Below are positions 56,771-64,000 of a stretch of DNA of 64,000 nucleotides, in pieces. Source of the DNA: Escherichia phage vB_vPM_PD06; sequence record NC_052653.1. One strand, 5' to 3'. The notes under the pieces are model-generated. The model worked only from the letters and a program-made list of their open reading frames with translations. It did no database searches and was not told the origin of the DNA. Every line of letters starts with the position of its first letter. Position 1 is the first letter of the stretch. A program made the translations under genes and the position numbers.

Positions 56771-56917
56771 ATGGACGATGTAAGTATTTGTCCTATCTGC
56801 GGTGGTACTGGGAATTTTATTGTTAGTATGGAACAATTTATTCCTTGTTGGAATTGTAACGGCTTAGGTTTCGTTCATACAGAAGAAAAAGAAGAGGAGG
56901 AAGATAGTGGGGGTTGA
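56771..56917 (+). CDS. small zinc-ribbon protein (48 aa)
   Basis: CPICGGTG...CWNCNG pair of CxxC motifs; below ORF-track cutoff. Confidence 0.35.
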   Translation: MDDVSICPICGGTGNFIVSMEQFIPCWNCNGLGFVHTEEKEEEEDSGG

Positions 56918-57233
56918 TATTGCATGGCGTATGTTACAGGGTGCACCTTTTAATAAATGGGAAGAGGCTGTAGGAGAAGATCCTAGAATTGAAGAAGAAT
57001 TTGATGGAGATTTTAATTGGTTCTTACAAGAAGGTCTTGATTTAAGCCGTATCTCTCCTTTCTATGATGCTGATGAATCTTATTGCATATATGGCATTTA
57101 TTTAGAAGGTGGCGAAGGAAGTGTAGCTGTAGATCTTGAGCAACTAAATAAGAATGCAAAAGAAGCCTATGCACAACTTCTTGAAAAATATAACATTGAA
57201 ACGGAAACTATTATTTCTCAACACGTTTGGTAA
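56907..57233 (+). CDS. hypothetical protein
   Basis: GTG start with GAGGAGG upstream; 108 aa. Confidence 0.3.
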   Translation: MGVDIAWRMLQGAPFNKWEEAVGEDPRIEEEFDGDFNWFLQEGLDLSRISPFYDADESYCIYGIYLEGGEGSVAVDLEQLNKNAKEAYAQLLEKYNIETETIISQHVW

Positions 57234-57246
57234 GGAGGATAGTAGA

Positions 57247-57444
57247 ATGATGCTAGATCAACTGATCAATGCTCCTCGCGTAACAGTAAGTCCAAAAACA
57301 TTTGCATCACTTTTAGAAGATGCTAGAGAGGTTTATAACTTTACTGAAGAAGAGCTTCCTGTTCCTGTTGAAAAAGGTTCCAGATGGTTGTTTTATGAAG
57401 GTATTATTTTTACTGAAGGGAATAATTGGAAGGAGACTAAATGA
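57247..57444 (+). CDS. hypothetical protein
   Basis: ATG with AGGAGG RBS; 65 aa. Confidence 0.3.
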   Translation: MMLDQLINAPRVTVSPKTFASLLEDAREVYNFTEEELPVPVEKGSRWLFYEGIIFTEGNNWKETK

Positions 57445-58430
57445 AATACTTAGTAACAGGTGGTTTAGGCTTTATTGGAAGTGCGGTAGTTCGTTTCCTA
57501 GCTAAAAATACTAAGAATGATATTTACGTTATAGATAAATGGGGTTACGCTTCAGACCCTAGAAATTTATCAGAAACACCTAATGTAAAGTTTTGTCGTG
57601 TTGACTTGACAAATGCTCAGTTAACTGCTAAGATTGTGGCAGATGTTAACCCAGATTATATAATGCATCTTGCAGCAGAAAGTCACGTAGATAATTCAAT
57701 AGCATCACCGAGTGTTTTTATAAATTCAAATATTGTTGGAACATTTAATCTTCTAGAAGCTGTTCGTTTAATGGGAGATAAATCAAATCTTAAAATGTTT
57801 CATCATATTTCAACAGATGAAGTGTATGGTGATATGGAAGAAGGGGATTATCCGTTTACAGAACAGAATCCTTATAAACCAAGTAGTCCATATGCTGCAT
57901 CTAAAGCTGCAAGCGATCATTTGGTAAGAGCGTGGCATCGTACTTATGGTATTCCGACAGTTATAACAAATTGTTCAAATAATTTTGGAGCGTATCATCA
58001 TCCAGAAAAACTAATACCTAAAACGATAACAAATATCTTGATGCATAAACCAATCCCTGTTTATGGCAATGGTCTTCAAGTAAGAGACTGGCTATACGTT
58101 GACGATCACGCAGAAGCATTACACCTAGTAGTAACTAAAGGCAAATCTGGAGAAACATATAATATTGGGAGCAGAAACCCTAGAACTAATATTGATGTAA
58201 TCTATATGATTTGTGATTATATGGATGCGGTATATCCATCTGAAACAGATGCTTGTAGCCTCATTGAGATGGTTACAGATAGGCCTGGGCATGATCTAAG
58301 ATATGAAGTGAATCCTTATAAGATTGAAAAGGAATTAGGGTGGAAAGCTAAAGGCACATTTGAAGAAAAACTTTATTCAACCATTGATTGGTATGTAGAT
58401 AACAAAGAGTGGTGGGAAAATAAAGTTTAA
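57441..58430 (+). CDS. rmlB: dTDP-glucose 4,6-dehydratase
   Basis: 329 aa; N-terminal [14 protein letters not shown] Rossmann motif, [11 protein letters not shown] catalytic YxxxK. Confidence 0.75.
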   Translation: MKYLVTGGLGFIGSAVVRFLAKNTKNDIYVIDKWGYASDPRNLSETPNVKFCRVDLTNAQLTAKIVADVNPDYIMHLAAESHVDNSIASPSVFINSNIVGTFNLLEAVRLMGDKSNLKMFHHISTDEVYGDMEEGDYPFTEQNPYKPSSPYAASKAASDHLVRAWHRTYGIPTVITNCSNNFGAYHHPEKLIPKTITNILMHKPIPVYGNGLQVRDWLYVDDHAEALHLVVTKGKSGETYNIGSRNPRTNIDVIYMICDYMDAVYPSETDACSLIEMVTDRPGHDLRYEVNPYKIEKELGWKAKGTFEEKLYSTIDWYVDNKEWWENKV

Positions 58431-58438
58431 GGAGGAGT

Positions 58439-59308
58439 ATGAAAGGTATTATCTTAGCAGGTGGTAGTGGAACAAGACTTTACCCAGTTACTAAAGGGGT
58501 TAGTAAACAACTATTACCAATTTATGATAAGCCTATGATTTATTATCCACTCTCTGTCCTAATGCTTTCTGGAATTAGGGAAATACTAATAATTACAACA
58601 CCAGAAGATCAAATTAATTTTGTAAATCTTCTAGGTGATGGTTCTTCTTTTGGTATTTCCCTACAGTATGCAATACAGGATAGTCCAAGAGGTTTAGCAG
58701 AAGCGTTTATTATTGGTGAGAACTTTATTGGTGAAGATTCTGTAGCACTTGTGCTAGGTGATAATTTATTCTTTGGTCAGAGTTTTGGTAGCATTTTAGA
58801 TTCTGCTAAAGAACATATTGAAAAGAATGGTGGAGCTAATATTTTTGGGTATCACGTAAATGATCCTGAAAGATTTGGTGTTGTTGAGTTTGATTCTGAA
58901 GGTACAGTGGTAAGTATTGAAGAAAAACCAAAAGCACCAAAAAGCAACTATGCAATTACAGGCTTGTACTTTTACGATAATTCTGTTATACAGAAAGCTA
59001 AAAGCGTTAAGCCTTCTGCTAGAGGGGAGTTAGAGATTACAGATATAAATGAGATGTACTGGAAAGAAAAGGCTTTACGTGTCTGTAAGCTAGGAAGAGG
59101 TTTCACTTGGCTGGATACAGGAACACATGAAAGTCTTATGGAAGCATCTCAATTTGTTCATGCAATAGAAAAGCAACAAGGTATGAAGGTTGCATGCCTA
59201 GAAGAGATTGCTTTTAAAAATGAATGGATTACTTTAGATTCTGTAAAAAGTTCTGGAGAGGTTTTAAGTAAAACAGACTACGGCAAGTATTTACTTAAAT
59301 TAAAATAA
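58439..59308 (+). CDS. rmlA: glucose-1-phosphate thymidylyltransferase
   Basis: 289 aa; N-terminal [18 protein letters not shown] signature. Confidence 0.75.
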   Translation: MKGIILAGGSGTRLYPVTKGVSKQLLPIYDKPMIYYPLSVLMLSGIREILIITTPEDQINFVNLLGDGSSFGISLQYAIQDSPRGLAEAFIIGENFIGEDSVALVLGDNLFFGQSFGSILDSAKEHIEKNGGANIFGYHVNDPERFGVVEFDSEGTVVSIEEKPKAPKSNYAITGLYFYDNSVIQKAKSVKPSARGELEITDINEMYWKEKALRVCKLGRGFTWLDTGTHESLMEASQFVHAIEKQQGMKVACLEEIAFKNEWITLDSVKSSGEVLSKTDYGKYLLKLK

Positions 59309-59320
59309 GGGGGAGATTAA

Positions 59321-59875
59321 ATGATTCAAGCAACAAAAATCGAAGATTTGTTGATCATTCAACCTGACGTTTACGGGGATGAACGTGGTTTTTTCTTAGA
59401 AAGTTTTAATCAGGCTTTATATGATCAATACATAGGTAAACAAAACTTTGTCCAAGATAACCATTCACGTTCTATTCGAGGAGTTCTACGTGGGCTTCAT
59501 TTTCAAAAGAAAAACCCACAAGGGAAGTTAGTACGTTGTGTTCGTGGTGAAGTTTATGATGTTGCTGTAGATATTAGGGTTGGTAGTCCAACATTTGGAG
59601 AATGGGTAGGTGTTCTTTTATCTGAAAAGAATAAAACACAATTTTGGATTCCTCCTGGTTTCGCTCATGGCTTTGTTGTGATTAGCGACATTGCTGATTT
59701 TGAATATAAATGTACAGAATATTACGATCCGACTTCAGAGTGTAGTCTTGCGTGGAATGATCCAGATATCAATATAGATTGGGGTTTTGATTTAATCTTT
59801 AATGATATTAATTTTAAACCTATCTTGTCACAAAAAGATCAGGAAGCCAAAACACTAAAGGAGATCATATTTTGA
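59321..59875 (+). CDS. rmlC: dTDP-4-dehydrorhamnose 3,5-epimerase
   Basis: 184 aa; LRGLHFQ motif and cupin-like pattern; position between rmlA and rmlD. Confidence 0.65.
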   Translation: MIQATKIEDLLIIQPDVYGDERGFFLESFNQALYDQYIGKQNFVQDNHSRSIRGVLRGLHFQKKNPQGKLVRCVRGEVYDVAVDIRVGSPTFGEWVGVLLSEKNKTQFWIPPGFAHGFVVISDIADFEYKCTEYYDPTSECSLAWNDPDINIDWGFDLIFNDINFKPILSQKDQEAKTLKEIIF

Positions 59876-60702
59876 CAAAATTTTTAATCTTTGGTTCAAA
59901 AGGTCAATTAGGACAATCTTTGGCAAAAGTTGCACCAGAAGATGTTATTTTGATTGAAGCAAGTGATATAGACATTACCAACTTTAAAGATGTTATGAAT
60001 AGTCTTGTACAGCACGTGCCTGATGTTGTTGTGAATTGTGCGGCTTACACGGCAGTAGATAAAGCTGAAGAAGATGTTAACACCTGTATAAATGTTAATG
60101 CATACGGTGCAACAAACATTGCCAAAGCATGTAATGATTTACTGATACAGTTTGTACATATTTCAACAGACTATGTTTTTGATGGACATGTTGCTGGCAC
60201 AGAAGAGAGTAAAACAAACCCCTTGAACACCTACGGTTACAGTAAACAATTAGGTGAAACTTTAGTACAAGCAGTTTGTCCTACAGCACTTATTATCAGA
60301 ACAGCTTCTGTTTATAGTGAATTTGGACATAACTTTTTGAAAACTATGTTGGAACGCTACAACGGTGGTCAAAAAGAATTTAATGTAGTATGTGATCATT
60401 TATCATGTCCTACTTATGCACCTGATCTTGCAGAAACAATTTTTAAACTTGTAAAAGATGGTGTAAATAGTAAAATTGTACACTATGCAGGTGCAGATTA
60501 TATTTCTTGGTATGATTTTGCACGTAAGATATTTCTTGTTATAGATTTGTCTGTTACAGTTAATCCTGTATCTGCTTCAACCTATAATTCTAAAGCAGTC
60601 AGACCAGCAACATCTTATTTAAAAACAGATCCTACTTTAAATCCGCGAAGTGTTGATAGCGGTATTGTAAGAACTTTAACTATACTTTTAAACAAGGAGT
60701 GA
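59872..60702 (+). CDS. rmlD: dTDP-4-dehydrorhamnose reductase
   Basis: 276 aa; N-terminal FGSKGQLGQ Rossmann motif; overlaps rmlC stop. Confidence 0.65.
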   Translation: MTKFLIFGSKGQLGQSLAKVAPEDVILIEASDIDITNFKDVMNSLVQHVPDVVVNCAAYTAVDKAEEDVNTCINVNAYGATNIAKACNDLLIQFVHISTDYVFDGHVAGTEESKTNPLNTYGYSKQLGETLVQAVCPTALIIRTASVYSEFGHNFLKTMLERYNGGQKEFNVVCDHLSCPTYAPDLAETIFKLVKDGVNSKIVHYAGADYISWYDFARKIFLVIDLSVTVNPVSASTYNSKAVRPATSYLKTDPTLNPRSVDSGIVRTLTILLNKE

Positions 60703-60965
60703 AAATGAATTTTATTATCTACGGTAAACCAAATTGTCCTTTCTGCACTAACGCTAAGACTCTACTGGAACAGCGTGAACAGGATTTTAAATATCTTACC
60801 TTAGATGAAGACTATTCTTTAGATCAGATTCAGAATCTGGTTTTAGAGAAAACAGGTGTTCTGCCACGTACCTTTCCTCAAATTTTTGTGGAAGATGGTG
60901 AACATCTAACCCACGTAGGAGGTTTTTCTGAACTACGTGAATTCATGGCTCAGATTGCGGAGTAA
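60699..60965 (+). CDS. glutaredoxin (NrdH-like redoxin)
   Basis: 88 aa with CPFC active-site motif. Confidence 0.6.
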   Translation: MKMNFIIYGKPNCPFCTNAKTLLEQREQDFKYLTLDEDYSLDQIQNLVLEKTGVLPRTFPQIFVEDGEHLTHVGGFSELREFMAQIAE

Positions 60966-60969
60966 CAAT

Positions 60970-61113
60970 ATGAAAGGTAAACAGAAACGTAAGATCTTTT
61001 CTCGTGCTTTGGCAACAGAGCTTAAGTCCCAAACTAAAAAGACGAAGCCTAAACGTGAAATGTCTCCTGAACACCTACTGTTTCAAGAGCTAGATCATGG
61101 GGAGGGCGACTAA
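60970..61113 (+). CDS. small basic hypothetical protein (47 aa)
   Basis: ATG 5 nt after glutaredoxin stop; Lys/Arg-rich. Confidence 0.25.
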   Translation: MKGKQKRKIFSRALATELKSQTKKTKPKREMSPEHLLFQELDHGEGD

Positions 61114-61125
61114 TATAAGGAAAAC

Positions 61126-61626
61126 ATGGCTAAAGTAGTTGATGTGTTTGATATGTTACGTTTTGATGAAGGACTAAAGCTAACTGTATATACTGATACC
61201 GAAGGGTATTGGACAGTTGGTATTGGACACCTTCTGACAAAACTCAAAGATAAAGCAGAAGCTATACGCATTCTTGATAACTTAGTAGGTAGAAAAACCA
61301 ATGGGGTTATTACTGAAGCGGAAGCTAGAAGAATCTTTGAGAGTGACGTAAAGAAAGCGATACAACAAATCCATTCAAGCACCATATTATCTCCTATTTA
61401 CGATAAAGTAAGCCCTAATCGTAAAATGGCTATTATTAATATGGTATTTCAAATGGGATTGAAAGGTGCAGAATCTTTCAAAAATAGCTTAACTTTAGTG
61501 AGTAATTCATATTATACTCAAGCCTCTATAAATTTACGTAAAAGTAAATGGTATCGCCAAACGCCTAATCGCGCAGAGCGTGTAATTCAGGTGCTTAAAA
61601 CTGGAACATTAGACGCTTATAACTAA
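61126..61626 (+). CDS. endolysin, T4 lysozyme family
   Basis: 166 aa; FDMLRFDEGLKLTVYTDTEGYWTVGIGHLLTK closely matches the T4 lysozyme N-terminus (catalytic E and D positions conserved). Confidence 0.75.
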   Translation: MAKVVDVFDMLRFDEGLKLTVYTDTEGYWTVGIGHLLTKLKDKAEAIRILDNLVGRKTNGVITEAEARRIFESDVKKAIQQIHSSTILSPIYDKVSPNRKMAIINMVFQMGLKGAESFKNSLTLVSNSYYTQASINLRKSKWYRQTPNRAERVIQVLKTGTLDAYN

Positions 61627-61629
61627 ACA

Positions 61630-61652
61630 AAGGGGCGAAAGCCCCTTTTATA
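61630..61652 (+). terminator. intrinsic terminator after endolysin
   Basis: AGGGGC-GAAA-GCCCCT hairpin (identical to the 48544 hairpin) followed by TTTTAT. Confidence 0.45.
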
Positions 61653-61664
61653 AGGAGTGCAAAC

Positions 61665-62417
61665 ATGGGAAATAAAACCGCAAAGGCTCGTCGTCAATCA
61701 GCAGCCAATGATGACAAACGTGCCAGTCGTTATGCGGCTAAAGCAGTAGGAAATGATGATTACCGTCTTGATGAATTTACCCCTGTTGGGAATCAAGAAG
61801 CTATTGTAAGAAGCATGGTTTGGAATGATTTAACCATTGTTAATGCCCCAGCAGGAACAGGAAAAACGACAACAGCACTATGGAAAGCATTGCAAATGCT
61901 TAAAGCTGGTGACTTCAGAAAGTTGATTTTCCTTAAAAACCCGACAGAAGTAGGTGATGACCAAATTGGTTTCTTATCTGGAGATAAGACTGATAAACTA
62001 GCAGCACACTACGAGTCAACTAAAAGAATTTTCCAACAGTTTATGACTGCAAATAAATTGGAAAACGATATTGCAAGTGGCAAAATTGAACTTAATATTC
62101 CGAACTATGCACTAGGTGCTACGTGGGATAACAGCATTATTCTTATTGATGAAGTTCAACTTATGTCACCAAACACAGTAAAACTTCTCCTTGAGCGAGC
62201 AGGTCTTAATACACGTATTGTCATTATGGGCGATGTTAATCAAACATATGCAATTAAACGAAGAGCTAACGGGTTAGGTGATTTGTTAGATCGTGTTGTT
62301 CCTATTAACGAAGAAGGAGAAAGGGAAGCTATTGTAGATTTTATTGGTTATGTTGAAATGACAACTGCTGATAACCAACGTTCCCGTTTGTCTCAGTTCA
62401 TCACGGAAGTATATTAA
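61665..62417 (+). CDS. phoH: PhoH-like ATPase
   Basis: 250 aa; Walker A NAPAGTGKTTTAL, DEVQ Walker B-like. Confidence 0.65.
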   Translation: MGNKTAKARRQSAANDDKRASRYAAKAVGNDDYRLDEFTPVGNQEAIVRSMVWNDLTIVNAPAGTGKTTTALWKALQMLKAGDFRKLIFLKNPTEVGDDQIGFLSGDKTDKLAAHYESTKRIFQQFMTANKLENDIASGKIELNIPNYALGATWDNSIILIDEVQLMSPNTVKLLLERAGLNTRIVIMGDVNQTYAIKRRANGLGDLLDRVVPINEEGEREAIVDFIGYVEMTTADNQRSRLSQFITEVY

Positions 62418-62453
62418 TAATTACAAGGCAAGGATGCCTATTATGGAGGTTAA

Positions 62454-62948
62454 ATGACGCTAATTGAGATTGATCGCAATGGTATTGATGAATGCTATCA
62501 AGCTGGCTTAGTTAAGCCGAATGAGTTTAGACAGATTTATATTGACAAGATTGAAAAAGAAATATCTCTTCGTTTAGAGAACATGACAACTTTGCAAAAA
62601 GTTCAGATGTTTTTTAGTTGGTTAAAAGGAGAGGATTGGCTAACTAAATATTACCAGGAATTATCTGATAGTCAAGAAGGCTTGTTTGAGTGTATAATAA
62701 ATGTAGCTGGGTCTAATTCAGAATTACTCCTGATTGATGAAGAAGATTCTAAACTTCTTTTTCTTAGCAGTATCTTTCACAAGAAATCTATGTTAGTAAG
62801 AAATTGCAGTGATTTACTAAATCATCCACTAACAAGAACCAATAAAATTCTTGTGGATAAAGAAACACTAAGAGCTATTGATTACCTACGTAAGTATGTA
62901 AGCGGTGGTAAAGCAGTCCTTAAAACACTACAGGAGGAAGTACAATGA
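62454..62948 (+). CDS. hypothetical protein
   Basis: 164 aa ORF. Confidence 0.4.
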   Translation: MTLIEIDRNGIDECYQAGLVKPNEFRQIYIDKIEKEISLRLENMTTLQKVQMFFSWLKGEDWLTKYYQELSDSQEGLFECIINVAGSNSELLLIDEEDSKLLFLSSIFHKKSMLVRNCSDLLNHPLTRTNKILVDKETLRAIDYLRKYVSGGKAVLKTLQEEVQ

Positions 62949-63598
62949 CAACAATTATTGCAACACATAACAAAATTCTATCTGACGGTAAAGTAACAGT
63001 AGGTAATCGAGTAGACACTTTAAATTTCAAGAAAGTGCGTAAAATTGGGGATTACCTTGTTGGTGGTGCAGGACGTCTGTCTTCTATCCTGACTTTCTTT
63101 TCTTGGTTTGAACAAAACTTACAGTGCCAGGCAGCACAAGAGACAATCCCAGGTTTGGTGATCCAATCAGACCCTGATAAAGAAGATGAAGAGTTTGTGG
63201 CATTGGTTGTTCACCCAGACGGTAAAATTTATATGCACGAGGGTAATAATCCAACGCGAGCATATCCTTTAACTGAAGATTACTATGCTGTTGGTAGTGG
63301 GGCAGATTTTGCTTTAGCAGCTTTAGACGCTGGGGCAACCCCAGAAGAAGCGATGGAAGTTGCAAAACTACGAGATGCTTTTTCAGGCGGTGAAACTTTT
63401 GTTGAAGAGATCGAAGAACAACTGGAGCTAACAGCGGAAGATATTCTGAACTTCAGCAAGGAGCAACTAATTAGTATGCTGTTGACTGGTGATCCTGATA
63501 GTGATGAAGCTGAAAGTATTTTAGCAGAAATGAAAGAATCACAAGAAAAAGTATTGACAGTCTCTGAAAAACTTGATAAAGTATCCTCTGATAATTAA
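62945..63598 (+). CDS. HslV-like Ntn-hydrolase peptidase with acidic C-terminal extension
   Basis: 217 aa; MTTIIATHN (Thr after Met), VTVGNRVDTLNFKKVRKIGDYLVGGAG and AVGSGADFALAA resemble E. coli HslV segments. Confidence 0.5.
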   Translation: MTTIIATHNKILSDGKVTVGNRVDTLNFKKVRKIGDYLVGGAGRLSSILTFFSWFEQNLQCQAAQETIPGLVIQSDPDKEDEEFVALVVHPDGKIYMHEGNNPTRAYPLTEDYYAVGSGADFALAALDAGATPEEAMEVAKLRDAFSGGETFVEEIEEQLELTAEDILNFSKEQLISMLLTGDPDSDEAESILAEMKESQEKVLTVSEKLDKVSSDN

Positions 63599-63639
63599 TC
63601 TAACATAAACCCCCTCACGGGGGTTATTAGGAGGAGATA

Positions 63640-64000
63640 TGTTACCAGTACCTGTAATCTTTGTAGAAAAAGCCTACTACTACTCTTTAGAACAAAACTG
63701 TAAAAGGGCTAAAAATTTTATTGAAAGTTTAGCAGAACAGCGTTACACTGTATCTAAAAAGGGATGGTTCAGAACTTCAAAATATCTAGTCAACCCTTTC
63801 GGAGAAGTTCGTGTGTTGTACGGCAACACAGAAAATATCTTAGAAAGAATGTTAGAACTAGATAGGATCTCCTCCTGTGATTATCAACTGTTGAAATTTT
63901 ACGATGTGTCAGAAAGCGTTAAAAACTTTCTTGACGACTTATGTAAACGAAAAACAGAAGAAGATACAATACCAGTATCTATGGAAGAATTAACGTTCTT
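63640..64000 (+). CDS. hypothetical protein, partial (runs off window end)
   Basis: ATG at 63640 with AGGAGG RBS; open to position 64000. Confidence 0.35.

Noticed and set aside
61110-61385. 91-aa minus-strand ORF
   Set aside because: Antisense to the lysozyme gene, whose product has a clear T4 lysozyme signature.
1-64000. CRISPR arrays, integrase or transposase genes, rRNA genes
   Set aside because: No spaced direct-repeat arrays and no recombinase-like ORFs were seen; the window looks like a lytic phage genome rather than a prophage or host island.

Overview
This window reads as a lytic tailed-phage (myovirus-type) genome segment with low GC. Positions 1-30700 (minus strand) carry a late structural and packaging module: partial tail fiber, baseplate, three large carbohydrate-active tail proteins, tape measure, a tail chaperone pair with a -1 frameshift site, tube, sheath, a lambda-like head module (decoration protein, major capsid, scaffold, portal), a large terminase interrupted by a putative mini-intein in its Walker A P-loop, and an overlapping spanin pair. 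Positions 30880-33940 hold a dense minus-strand tRNA array: 15 tRNAs I could fold by hand plus 4 tRNA-like sequences that do not fold canonically. Next to it are NAD+ salvage genes (NAMPT and PRPP synthetase). Positions 37800-64000 (plus strand) are an early and nucleotide-metabolism module: RNA-repair-like trio (phosphoesterase, Rnl2-like ligase, P-loop kinase), DNA ligase, RdgC, RNase H-like 5' nuclease, DEDD exonuclease, HNH endonuclease, thymidine kinase, ThyX, NrdA/NrdB, a complete dTDP-L-rhamnose pathway (rmlB-A-C-D) followed by a glutaredoxin, T4-type lysozyme, PhoH and an HslV-like peptidase. The most unusual candidates are the phage-borne dTDP-rhamnose operon inside the dNTP cluster, the three-enzyme tailspike module with a split anchor, the terminase intein, and the tRNA array with non-canonical members beside RNA-repair and NAD-salvage genes. 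All calls come from reading the ORF translations and folding tRNAs by hand; no searches were run, so family assignments are motif-level and coordinates of RNA features are approximate.
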